A DNA stretch of 64,000 bases from a virus (taxonomy: Duplodnaviria; Caudoviricetes): positions 128,001-192,000 of IMG/VR virus record IMGVR_UViG_3300013121_000027; one strand, written 5' to 3'. Position numbers and translations under genes: made by a program. Below are positions 41,601 to 50,808 of the stretch, one piece after another (position 1 is the first letter of the stretch; every line of letters starts with the position of its first letter). Under the pieces are notes generated by a model. The model made no database searches. It saw only the letters and a list, made by a program, of their open reading frames with translations, and was not told where the DNA came from.

Positions 41601-43054
41601 GATGTTATTCGAGGGCTTTGATTTATATCTAAACCAGAATCCAAAGTTGTCTTTATCCTTTGGGCAAATGCTCTGGAACGCATTTTTTTTGCTATGACGG
41701 TTTCGTTATCCTCTGGTAAAATTTCCATTTCAGATAATTCATTAATGAGATTCCTTATTCCTGGAGTAATTTTTCCATTTTTGATATCGCTTATTAACTC
41801 ATTGATAACGATTTTGGATTCGTTAACAAAGGAAAAATTATCCCCAAAAAGTCTACTGTGTGCGGATAAACTTAAAATGTTAGTTCTACCCTGTTTTGGT
41901 ACTCCGTGACTTTCAAAAGATAAGAAGTAAGTTCCGCGTAATTCGCGTTTTTTATCTGCGCTGGAAACAAAAGCGTGTGTATTTGCAAATCTTTCCTTTG
42001 ATAATCTAAAAATCTTCCTAAAAACTTCCTCATTCTCCTCCATAATAACACCGGCATCGCCTTTATAGTTAAAATCTTCGGACACCATTCGGATATTAAC
42101 TCTTCCGGTAGAAAACATTGATTTTCTTTGTTTTGTAATTTCTTCTCTTATTGTTTTCGCTGTGGCAAGATGCTTTGCTCGTTCAGTCAATGGAAGTCTG
42201 GAGGCTTGTGCCTCTATCGAATTTGCTTCTTGTTCTAAATTAGAAAACATTTGTTCTACAGTTCTTCTATTTAAAAGAACTTCACCATCGTACATTTTTT
42301 CAAATGCTGTCTTCCTACTTATTTTTTTTGTACCAGGTGCTGTACTCGCGATAAAAGAATCAACCAATCTACCCGCGTCAGGGTTAAAAGCTTCAGCTAC
42401 TCTTTTTGGATTAAAATGGTGCACGCTAATAGGCGTATCTGCCATAGAAAAAACCCGATCAGATAAGAAAACGCTTAATCGCTTAGAGAGGCTATCGCTT
42501 TTCTCAAAAACGGTTGGGAAAGCATTATGATCAGATAGAACTTTCTGTACCTCCGCTATTGTCAACCTTTTATTTCCAGAAGTAACATCTAAATGGACCA
42601 ATTTTCCATTATTAAACCTTGGGACTCCATATATTTCTCCTGTAGGAGATTTTATTTCACCTAAAACAGTTTCAGCAGTGTCTTTATTTAAATCCCAAGT
42701 TCTAACAGTTGGAGTATATCCTAATCTATCGAATAACATAGCCAATCTATTGGTGGCTGCTCCAACATATTCGTTTTCTAAAAGATTAGAAGAATACGTT
42801 CTTGTGCTTCTTAAAGGTCCTGATCGATAAAATACGTCGTGCCATTCTTCAAAGGACATGGCTTTCTTACCAGTTGGACCAAAAGTAAATTTAATTTGAT
42901 TACCATCTTGAACCAATTTGGTTTGCGGATAAAATTCTTCAAGAATTAAATCAACGGAGCGTTTAACATTTGAATCTGTAAAATATCTACGGATATTTGG
43001 GTGATAGATTAAATTCTTTAATCTTTCATCGTGTCTAAAATTAGGGATTGCCAT
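38642..43054 (-). CDS. Putative single-subunit two-barrel (YonO/QDE-1-like) RNA polymerase, probably virion-associated
   Basis: Ordered motifs YDGEVLLN, NIR...YKG, SSADKK, RTNIL, HGGHDLDD, GIRDPTEKGE, LLGQLTD, VDEIKKTG; C-terminal hydrophobic helix. Confidence 0.65.
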   Translation of the reverse strand: MAIPNFRHDERLKNLIYHPNIRRYFTDSNVKRSVDLILEEFYPQTKLVQDGNQIKFTFGPTGKKAMSFEEWHDVFYRSGPLRSTRTYSSNLLENEYVGAATNRLAMLFDRLGYTPTVRTWDLNKDTAETVLGEIKSPTGEIYGVPRFNNGKLVHLDVTSGNKRLTIAEVQKVLSDHNAFPTVFEKSDSLSKRLSVFLSDRVFSMADTPISVHHFNPKRVAEAFNPDAGRLVDSFIASTAPGTKKISRKTAFEKMYDGEVLLNRRTVEQMFSNLEQEANSIEAQASRLPLTERAKHLATAKTIREEITKQRKSMFSTGRVNIRMVSEDFNYKGDAGVIMEENEEVFRKIFRLSKERFANTHAFVSSADKKRELRGTYFLSFESHGVPKQGRTNILSLSAHSRLFGDNFSFVNESKIVINELISDIKNGKITPGIRNLINELSEMEILPEDNETVIAKKMRSRAFAQRIKTTLDSGLDINQSPRITSQLLDAVQDHFLTVKNDEQIILGGRSIPNYNLNFPIRGSVGTHLTVFPEANKDLVDPGTVRFEKGVAHIHPGSFLTHSMLHGGHDLDDRIVWHMQYDEKTRRIFALGIRDPTEKGEFGYYNVDLTSEDQSSAFRRIFDQPDIEISKSGKKDILRGNYNQVRQLSVEERKLSSEIENLFLQREALDTRLPDYEKTYKRLTQKIRTATFELDSTRSKLHLLMMRNKRIAKIDLASTFSPAAPLADGSPAMPLNTSPKGMRTTVESMNRYTTPSASHSYHTSRSFGGGTPTERANAAANAIVSERKLERTLGANAGAFPFEISAGTDEWHDALYTRFKATSLSREQRAELDRLTRGKTLDKLIEDRLGIEARANGLLGQLTDARFALDNAWDDILNNSNLPPELRAQIIKIAKSSKQQFVEYEVTVDEIKKTGNIFLIDDLEREILHNNPRKFGAAFAKAQALIERYNRSLPVGAEQLNIGFDSAMAQARMSKPFQQRFIQAYNEQIGAKRKIKSITEVTKESTMSGFYKGKAILGEHITDMGKPVIETAFEERVKSLSGLVFTTEEEVNASKFISDMKSFEAELSKRWNIHGMEQFDSAEEFLAGGIDELHTAAVRKLYDMGLFKKVVKKNKTVLIPTHKLKRQILAIDKLAAENKISLNVLEDMGLDGGGSMIDMLAEARRELIERPKTIAQLRGIESFDEIRTFFRGTRKGRFVIGNKANAIDDPIQRGLEILNSLGNIDAAQIYDPKIRGSMIQMAKAVKRNMVQEGGSRASDKVLEFADNIIERVSNDSPEFHELKSAFPHKMPKYRPRKGQVGINEPTPGSGRFAARSLSDAAAEEVPRASRQYMTRINRDLIKDLWKSESVFRKSVYGFGIFAGIGLIHRFAKNPAPEDMGGPPLLPGGSPYEDYDPVGMQAISSIYPSQAGTSSGGMMYTVNTSSGYDPHRLSINLSEITGGSSRTNIYSSRRTVGKTAYSSRDVLNERLG

Positions 43055-46000
43055 TTAAAAACTCCCAGCATTCAACTGCAATATATTGCCAGAAAATGGA
43101 GTAGGTGACACAGAAACAGAACCACTTATACCATTATCAAATAAGAATCTTTTTATTTGAGCCCTTGTACTAAATCCGCCGCTTCTCTTATTGTAGTCTG
43201 GGTAAGCGGGATTTAATAAATTAGCTTCTTGTACTTGTTGCGGATAATAACCCATTTGCGCAAGATCCAATCCTAAACTCTGAGCCATTTTTATCTTTAG
43301 AGTATCAGTGCTTATTCCACTTGTCCATATATCAGAATCAGGTGGCGGAAGTTCGTGTTCGTTAAAATACTCTCTAAGATCTGGCTTTTCTTCTACTGGC
43401 ATACCCCAAGCCGCCTCAAGCATTCTTCTTTCTAATCTTGGTGCAGTTGAAAGGATCTGCTGCTTTTCTTCTTCAGGGGCATACAGCATGGCTCTAAAAT
43501 GTTCTCTTTTTCTCTTTGGAACAGCCATAGCTAATTTCTCTGGAGTAACTTTATCAAAATCCATTCCATACATAGTAGTATTAGCCTGATTCTGGAAAAG
43601 TTGTGCAGATTGCAAATCGCCAAGTCTTTGAGCTTGAGAGGCTAATCTTGATGATCTTACATACTCAAATATATCTGCATATTCTTCAATGCTTGCTTGT
43701 TGTTTTCTATACATTGGAATATATCTATCGCCAGTAATACCTTCGTAGGCATTGCCGAGAGCTGAGGAAGCCAATCCCATAGTACCACCAATAACGCTAC
43801 CAATAGCGGCTGAACGAGAGCTTGCACCGAACAAAGCACCGAGAACACCGCCAGCTGAGGCGGCGGCGAGCGGATTTCTTTGTGATGCTTTGTGCATTGC
43901 TGGTTTAATGAAGCTTTGGATTGGATTTTCCCAAGATGGGAAAGTCGCACCGTAAACATTATTCCTTTCCCAATCTTCCACTGCTGTTCTTGGCGTACCA
44001 AGTTTAGTGTTAAGATAGGTATCTCTGTGAGTTAGCCATTCCCAAGTCCTACCTATAGTAAAAGATGCTGGGTGTTTAAGCATTTGATCTGGAGAACTAT
44101 ACTTATATTCATATGGCGTAAACTCATTTTTAGTTCTCATAGCTTCAACTTGAGCTCTTGTTAATGAGACTTGAGCGCTTTCTGCAGTGGAAAGATTACC
44201 TCTTTTAATCAAAGTATCTATATATTTATATTCTTGCGACCAAGGAGCAATATCTCCTAGGATGTCATGAACATTTACTAATCCCAATTTGCCTGTTGCG
44301 TCAGGAAACATTTGATGAGTTCGAGCATAACCAATACCAGGCAATCTCATTTCCGCATCAGGAACGGCATTATATGGATCACCGCTCTTAATGTTAGCTA
44401 ATGGGTAATCTACACCGGGTAGCCATGGGTATCTCTTTCCCATTGCGTTAGGTATATTATTGATATAGTTCATACCTGCAGGTTCTTTTGGTACGAATCT
44501 ACGAATGATTTCTGAGATTTCAAAGTTAGAATACTTACCCTCGATTGGTAGAGGTAGATCTCCCAAGCCTCCAATCTGCATATTCCAAAAACTTCTATTA
44601 GATGAATACCCTCGTGATGCTGGTTCAAGAACAGATTTTTGCGGAGTTAAATCCTTATTTCCAATACCGAATCCTTCCCTAACAGATGCGGCAGCGAAAC
44701 CATAAATACCAAAGAGTTCTTGAGATTGGAATCCAAGACGTCTTGCCGACATATTTATGGTTCCATAATCGAGGGTGCCACCAGCGGAAACCACTCTTGG
44801 GTTCATCTGTCCACGCTTTGTCGGTGTTGCATAAGCTAAATTAGAATACGATGTATTCATACCAGAGGCGGTTTGTCTAACCAAAGAGGATGCGGTTCCT
44901 CGTGGATTCGCATAACCCATTCCGCCATAAAATGGCGCTATAGAAGATGTCGCGCCGGTATATCCTGCATTTATATTAGAGAGTGATCTACCGGCGACAT
45001 ATCCACTATAAGAAGATTGTCCACCACCATAAGATTCCTGTCCTTGTCCTATACCTCCGCTATATGGGAAATAGGCACCTGATTCTCCAACTGGCTGATA
45101 TTCACTCAGGATTTGCGACATTTCTCCGCCATGCATTCTACGACGCGGCTTTAATACTCTTCCTATAGTCGCATTAAGGGCTCCAGTTAATGGTCCCCAT
45201 GGACCAGTAAAATAATCACCAGTTAATGGATAAGGACGCGAGTTATAATCTTCTCTTTCTCTTCTATATGGATCTAATGGTTTTAATGGCGAAAAATCAT
45301 ATCCGAAAAGAAGCCTCTCCATAGGAGTTTCTTTCATCTCCGGTGTAAATGATGCGCCAGATTTTAAACGCTTATACCATGACGGGCGGAAGTATTGTAT
45401 TCTTCCACCGCGAAATGGCGTATTGCCAAGGATCCAGAATCGCCCTTTTCTGATTGGGACTTCGCCATTTACTAATTCATTTCTCTTTTGTTCTGCGGTT
45501 TGCCCACCAGGTATTATTCCAGCCCAAGCCGTCTGCCCAGCGGCTACAACATCTCCAGCCTTACCAAGAAAATAGGGAGAGTAAACTCTATTACCATATT
45601 TATCTTTTTCGTTAACTGCACCGCCGATAGTCCTATCGACAGCTAATGCAGTTACGCCAGCTGCATAGATTGGTAAAACCCTCTTACCAACAAAACCTCT
45701 GGCAAAAAGATCTACTGGACTCTTATATCTTGTTTCGTCAACTCCTAATCCAAAGTTTTCAAAATATCTATTAAGACGACCAATCAAGTGGGTCATCGGA
45801 ACTTGTGATCCCGACATCGCTTGTGGATCTCTCCAACTTAATCCAGCCGCACCCTTAAGAGCTCTAAGGGGATTTCTGTCAAAAGCCGTTCTAAACGTCG
45901 GCATAAAAACAGTCGAGGTGCCAGTTGGGTTATTTCTAAACGGCTTTTCATACGGTACTTGCTGCGATAGATTGCTAAACCCTCTTCTAATAAACCCTTT

Positions 46001-49000
46001 TGGATGAGCTACACGACCAGAACCTACATCCGCAAGGGCTTCTTGTACGTGTGCGCCACGCCCAAGGACTTCTTCTAAGATTGCCTTATTGTGTTCTACT
46101 GGCATCATGCCAGGTTTAAAAGTTATATTTCGAGCATGTTCAAATTCAAAACTTAAAACAGCCGCGCGTGCTTCAATTCTCTCAGCGTGTGTAATAGCGC
46201 CTTTCATATACATTGTTTCGAATTCGGTCAACAAATCCTGAATGGTAGTATCAAAACCCTGTCCCATTCCAGGAAGAGTTTTTCTCATAATGATATAATC
46301 AAAAAGTCCAGATTTTAACTCGTCTACTCTTCTATTCAACCCTGGGGATTTACTTCCTTGTGGAATTGCTAAATCCCAAACGTTTTCTTGTTTTTCTTCT
46401 TGTCTTAGAATATTTCTAACGTGCTGCTGAAGTCTACTAACTTCACGACGACTAATATTACCTTGAGCTGGAAGAGTCCCAAGGTCTTCGTCTAAAACTC
46501 GTCTGGCTACACGTGACAATATATTTCCATCAATATCAAGAATATTTGTTTTTGTCCCACCTATATTTATTTCAAACAAATCTTTAAATTTTGAGGATTG
46601 ACTTAATCCCCTAAGGGCTTTCATTGGTGGGATTTTGCTTCTTAATGAAGAAAAAAGTGTATTGAGTCCTTCAGAAAGCTCTGGCGTTATACTACTTGGG
46701 TCAAATCCCGGATGATTTATCCATCCAGCAGCCGCTCGTGGATTTTTAAGAGCACCTTCTTCACCCCTAATTCTACGCTTCCATCTTCCTAAAAGGCTTT
46801 CTCTTCCAAAAAATACATTATTCTCTTGATCGGTGCTAACATCAAAGGATCTCTTCAATCCAGTTTGATATTGAGATGATGGAACGTCCTTCTGTCCAAG
46901 AATATTACCTAATGAACGTCCCAACATCGTATCTGTATTGGTTGTAAATGGTCTAAATAATCCACGATATTGTTGAACTCTAACTTCTCCACTGATGTTA
47001 GAGAATATTCCAGCAACACGACCCTTTGATGCTCTTGCTGAAGATTTCAAATATAAATAAAAATTAGGATCTACAAATTCTGCGCCAGCCGCTTTCGCCT
47101 CAAGCTTTCCAATCATAGCTATTGGCTGAGTTGATCTACCTGGCGCAACAATAACAGATGGACTATGCCTCATAGCCCTGAATGATTGATATCCACCAGC
47201 TTGAAATGGCTTTAGTTTAATAAGGGGAAGTTGAAATTCTTCTTGGAATTTATCAAATCCAGAAAGAAGATTACGACCAACTCGACCAAAGTCTAAAATT
47301 CTTCCAGATTTACTTACAACCACCTTGTTAATTCTGAGGTCAGATCTACCCATGGCAGCTGCATCCGATGGCGATTGTCCTGGCGCTCTCCTGCTAATAA
47401 AGTCTGATATCTGATCTTGTACTGCCTTTTTATTGCCACCAAAATAACCGCCAACCAAAGCCTCTTCAACGCTAAATGGTCTAAATCCAAATATATTCGC
47501 ACCACGTGTTGTCCATGGGGCGGCTATTTCTTTTTTATCTATTAAGAAGCCACGTAGTTTTTTAAGATTATTTGGATCAAATCCCTTACCTAATAGATGT
47601 CCCTCTAAGATAGAAGTTGGTACTAAGTTGCCGGAAGAGTCGACTGTTGAAATTCCAAGTCTTTGTGCTGAACGTCTTATTAAGAAGTTTCTACGAGCTC
47701 CAAGTTGAGAATCGTCAAAGAGTTCATGAGCTTTTTTGATTGGCGATAAAGCTTTTACCGCTTCGGGAGCTATTAAAGAATCGTGAGCGACATTCCAAGC
47801 TCCAGTTATTTCGGCATGAAGACCTCTTTGGACCTGTCTACTGGCAAATATATTATCTGCCCTACTAACGCCCTCTTTAAAGGAATCGAATCCAGTCTTA
47901 CCAGATTTTAAAGAAATTCCATGTGCACCTGCAGACTCGACTACATGATCCCACCAAGCAGTAAGTTTTTCTTCTTCAGTTTTAAAAGCAAGATTACCTT
48001 GCCATTCTTTAGAGGTAAATTTAAATCTCCCAATAAAATCACTTCCTTCACCAGCCGTGCGTGAAAGAGGTAATGGAGAAATATTTTGTGACTCTTTTAC
48101 AAATTTTAGAGCAGCTTCCTTAGATAAACCAGATGTCTTTTCTAACTCTTCTATTAAGACATCTTTGTAATAGTCTGTTTGTCTGCCAGTATAAAATGCG
48201 CTTTTGGTCCAATCTGGATTCTTTGATCCATTGGGTAGTAATGGACCACCACCACCCAACGTAACGGTATCTCTTGCATATTTTTCAAGGTGCGTTCCGC
48301 TACCTTTATCCATAAAGTTTAAAAGGTCTAAGTACTTTTTGGGATGATCCTTAGCTATCTGCTGTAGTGTTGTAGCTCCATGTAATACATCTTGATATAG
48401 GTCATAAGTTTTTCCTATATCTGTAAAAGATTTTCTTCCTTTTGAGATTGCTGAACCCATTCCTTTAAACGGTCCAGGAAGTAGGTCAATAGCTTGATTC
48501 CTATTACTTTTATTTGAAATAATATCTTTTGCCTGTAAGAAAAGCCTTCTTGCATATCCAGAATTAGCATATTGTGGAGTGTTCGTTAGAACGGCATTCG
48601 CTCTTCTTTTTGCGAATGATTTTAAGGTCAAATTATTCTCAGCGGCATCATCTATCATAGATGAAAAGGCGCCAAGAGATTGATGAGAAAACCTAATGGT
48701 TTTATTCATCATTTCGCCAAAGTCAACGCCCATTTGTCCAAGAATAGTTCTTGTTGCTATAAAGTTTAAATTCTTTTGAGTTCCAGGGCGGGACATAGCT
48801 TGCATCGCGTAATTACGATAACTATTTTGAATAGTCCCAGCACCAAGTTCAAATGGTAAAACGTTAAACGTTAGAGTCTTGAGTGTTTGATATGAAAAAT
48901 CGCCCAAAACATCAAATGGATTAGCCCAATTAACTTTATTTCTTGGATTTTCATTTTGTCCGAGTAACGGATCAAGAACAGCTTTCTGAGATACGTAAAG

Positions 49001-49531
49001 TGCTGGAGCCTCATATGGTAATCTTCTGGCTTGCGATACGAGTTTCCTTTGAAGAGTGTCTTTATATGTCCAAGACTGTCCTTGACTTGTAGCTATATTA
49101 TAGCTATCTATAATATTAGTTTCGTCACGCTTTATAGACGTCACGATTCCATTTTGGTCTAAGATTTTTCTGCCTATAATAAGTTCATCATTAGGATCTG
49201 CTAACGTCCTGTTAACGCCCTCTAACGAATCAAGAATATCCTGAATTTTTCTATAGGACGTAAGAGCTTTTTTGCTACTGTCCGCAAGTTCACCGGTACC
49301 ATGCGCCATTTCCTGAAGACGCATACCAAGTCTGAAGCCACCCTCCTTAACTACCTTACCTGCTGTCGCCATAGCGACGATAGAAGCCCCCGCAACGGCA
49401 AAAAAGCGCATCACGGGATGACCGTTCAGCGCTTTCTCTATAAGATTAGAATTACCATTACCCGGTTCCTCAACTTGCTGTTGAGGCATTCCAAACCCGA
49501 GGTTATACCGGGGACCTTTATCGCGGATCAT
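43055..49531 (-). CDS. Tape-measure-like / ejected virion protein
   Basis: 2158 aa, basic and helical with several TM or Gly-zipper segments; immediately downstream of two chaperone-like genes and the tube genes. Confidence 0.65.
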   Translation of the reverse strand: MIRDKGPRYNLGFGMPQQQVEEPGNGNSNLIEKALNGHPVMRFFAVAGASIVAMATAGKVVKEGGFRLGMRLQEMAHGTGELADSSKKALTSYRKIQDILDSLEGVNRTLADPNDELIIGRKILDQNGIVTSIKRDETNIIDSYNIATSQGQSWTYKDTLQRKLVSQARRLPYEAPALYVSQKAVLDPLLGQNENPRNKVNWANPFDVLGDFSYQTLKTLTFNVLPFELGAGTIQNSYRNYAMQAMSRPGTQKNLNFIATRTILGQMGVDFGEMMNKTIRFSHQSLGAFSSMIDDAAENNLTLKSFAKRRANAVLTNTPQYANSGYARRLFLQAKDIISNKSNRNQAIDLLPGPFKGMGSAISKGRKSFTDIGKTYDLYQDVLHGATTLQQIAKDHPKKYLDLLNFMDKGSGTHLEKYARDTVTLGGGGPLLPNGSKNPDWTKSAFYTGRQTDYYKDVLIEELEKTSGLSKEAALKFVKESQNISPLPLSRTAGEGSDFIGRFKFTSKEWQGNLAFKTEEEKLTAWWDHVVESAGAHGISLKSGKTGFDSFKEGVSRADNIFASRQVQRGLHAEITGAWNVAHDSLIAPEAVKALSPIKKAHELFDDSQLGARRNFLIRRSAQRLGISTVDSSGNLVPTSILEGHLLGKGFDPNNLKKLRGFLIDKKEIAAPWTTRGANIFGFRPFSVEEALVGGYFGGNKKAVQDQISDFISRRAPGQSPSDAAAMGRSDLRINKVVVSKSGRILDFGRVGRNLLSGFDKFQEEFQLPLIKLKPFQAGGYQSFRAMRHSPSVIVAPGRSTQPIAMIGKLEAKAAGAEFVDPNFYLYLKSSARASKGRVAGIFSNISGEVRVQQYRGLFRPFTTNTDTMLGRSLGNILGQKDVPSSQYQTGLKRSFDVSTDQENNVFFGRESLLGRWKRRIRGEEGALKNPRAAAGWINHPGFDPSSITPELSEGLNTLFSSLRSKIPPMKALRGLSQSSKFKDLFEINIGGTKTNILDIDGNILSRVARRVLDEDLGTLPAQGNISRREVSRLQQHVRNILRQEEKQENVWDLAIPQGSKSPGLNRRVDELKSGLFDYIIMRKTLPGMGQGFDTTIQDLLTEFETMYMKGAITHAERIEARAAVLSFEFEHARNITFKPGMMPVEHNKAILEEVLGRGAHVQEALADVGSGRVAHPKGFIRRGFSNLSQQVPYEKPFRNNPTGTSTVFMPTFRTAFDRNPLRALKGAAGLSWRDPQAMSGSQVPMTHLIGRLNRYFENFGLGVDETRYKSPVDLFARGFVGKRVLPIYAAGVTALAVDRTIGGAVNEKDKYGNRVYSPYFLGKAGDVVAAGQTAWAGIIPGGQTAEQKRNELVNGEVPIRKGRFWILGNTPFRGGRIQYFRPSWYKRLKSGASFTPEMKETPMERLLFGYDFSPLKPLDPYRREREDYNSRPYPLTGDYFTGPWGPLTGALNATIGRVLKPRRRMHGGEMSQILSEYQPVGESGAYFPYSGGIGQGQESYGGGQSSYSGYVAGRSLSNINAGYTGATSSIAPFYGGMGYANPRGTASSLVRQTASGMNTSYSNLAYATPTKRGQMNPRVVSAGGTLDYGTINMSARRLGFQSQELFGIYGFAAASVREGFGIGNKDLTPQKSVLEPASRGYSSNRSFWNMQIGGLGDLPLPIEGKYSNFEISEIIRRFVPKEPAGMNYINNIPNAMGKRYPWLPGVDYPLANIKSGDPYNAVPDAEMRLPGIGYARTHQMFPDATGKLGLVNVHDILGDIAPWSQEYKYIDTLIKRGNLSTAESAQVSLTRAQVEAMRTKNEFTPYEYKYSSPDQMLKHPASFTIGRTWEWLTHRDTYLNTKLGTPRTAVEDWERNNVYGATFPSWENPIQSFIKPAMHKASQRNPLAAASAGGVLGALFGASSRSAAIGSVIGGTMGLASSALGNAYEGITGDRYIPMYRKQQASIEEYADIFEYVRSSRLASQAQRLGDLQSAQLFQNQANTTMYGMDFDKVTPEKLAMAVPKRKREHFRAMLYAPEEEKQQILSTAPRLERRMLEAAWGMPVEEKPDLREYFNEHELPPPDSDIWTSGISTDTLKIKMAQSLGLDLAQMGYYPQQVQEANLLNPAYPDYNKRSGGFSTRAQIKRFLFDNGISGSVSVSPTPFSGNILQLNAGSF

Positions 49532-49535
49532 TTAT

Positions 49536-50258
49536 TTACCCACCCAACATTTGATGCAGTTTTCTTGCTATCGGATCATCACTCCTTACTTGTCCTGATG
49601 CTTTGACGAGAATATCATCAGCAAGAGTGTCAAGTGCAGCAACAGGACTCGCTGGCGTCATTTGTCTTTCTTCTTTAGATATACGTCTAAGGAGTTCTTC
49701 TCTATCTACTCTTTGTTTTGACTCACGTTTTGTTTGATTTTCTTGCGGATTATCAACTGGGACCAAATCTAATTTAATACCATTTTCTGATTTTACCCCA
49801 CGAACCGCTTGTTGTATTGTCAGTATCTCTTCTGATAGTACCAATTTTTCCAGTAATTGTTTCATATTAAGCGAATTCAAAAACTCTTCCGAATATACTG
49901 GCATTGCAGCTATTATAAAAGCTTTTATCCTTACAAGGATATTCTCAAGTACTTCAGTCCTTGCAGCTTCCAGCGTTGAAAGGATAAAATCTATATCGGA
50001 TCCAGATATATTAGCTATTGCTTGAGCTAATTGAGAAACATGTCCGGCTTTGATGGTATCAATATCAAAATTTAGAGGATAAACTACAGCAGTCTTAACG
50101 AATAGATCCTCAAGATCTGTTTCGTTTTCTGATAACTTTTCGAGAAAAGCCATCTCTTCAAATGTTAAAGCCCTATAAAGAATTTCTTTACCACCAAAAA
50201 TAATAGAATGAATATCCCCATATTCATTTTGAAGTTTGGCGTAAATCTCTTTATCCAT
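49536..50258 (-). CDS. Tail assembly chaperone-like protein 2
   Basis: EYGDI...YRALTFEE...AVVYP...AG..SQLAQAI..ISG, paralogous to the next ORF; position before the tape measure. Confidence 0.65.
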   Translation of the reverse strand: MDKEIYAKLQNEYGDIHSIIFGGKEILYRALTFEEMAFLEKLSENETDLEDLFVKTAVVYPLNFDIDTIKAGHVSQLAQAIANISGSDIDFILSTLEAARTEVLENILVRIKAFIIAAMPVYSEEFLNSLNMKQLLEKLVLSEEILTIQQAVRGVKSENGIKLDLVPVDNPQENQTKRESKQRVDREELLRRISKEERQMTPASPVAALDTLADDILVKASGQVRSDDPIARKLHQMLGG

Positions 50259-50746
50259 TAGAGTTGGACGACATCCACACTTGTAAAGCCAGAAGCTGCC
50301 ATAATCTGTTGAGATAGGATTGATGGCAGTCCGGCTAAATTACCAGCAAAGTCTTTATTCGTAAAGGACGGGAATAAGGCACAGATTTGCGTAACAAGCT
50401 CCTCATTGACCATCTCAGCCTCTGACTGGGTGACATTGCCACTTGCTACCAGTTGTTCAATTTGTTTCACTACAGCCTTAAATTCGGACCTATTAAGAGT
50501 TCTCCAAGCCACATGATAATCGGTAGTTACGGAAGTGACATATACGTCACCGTATTTATCTTTCCATTCTTTAGCCTGACCAGCAGTGGGACCATCAGCC
50601 CATAGTTTTTCGTCTGGATTCAATTCTTCGACAGCCAACGTCGTAAGATCTTCTTCATCTACTTCTTCAGTAGATTTAACCTCTTCTTCACTCATATCTA
50701 AAGCCTCTTCTTCTATTTGTGTTTGGGGACGGGTAATTTTAGGCAT
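50258..50746 (-). CDS. Tail assembly chaperone-like protein 1
   Basis: EWKDKYGDVY...WRTLNRSEF...CALFP...AGLPSILSQQIM..SGF. Confidence 0.7.
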   Translation of the reverse strand: MPKITRPQTQIEEEALDMSEEEVKSTEEVDEEDLTTLAVEELNPDEKLWADGPTAGQAKEWKDKYGDVYVTSVTTDYHVAWRTLNRSEFKAVVKQIEQLVASGNVTQSEAEMVNEELVTQICALFPSFTNKDFAGNLAGLPSILSQQIMAASGFTSVDVVQL

Positions 50747-50778
50747 GATAAATCCTTCTAATCGATAAACCTAATCTT

Positions 50779-50807
50779 AGTATAGATGAAAAATTTTACA
50801 ATGTAAA
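50779..50807 (-). promoter_or_regulatory. Sigma70/SigA-type promoter upstream of the chaperones
   Basis: TTTACA-N17-TATACT. Confidence 0.6.
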
Positions 50808-50808
50808 G

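Noticed and set aside
50240-50290. Programmed -1 frameshift between the two chaperone genes (lambda G/GT type)
   Set aside because: No X-XXY-YYZ slippery heptamer seen near the stop; the genes are coupled by a TAATG overlap and look like independent paralogs
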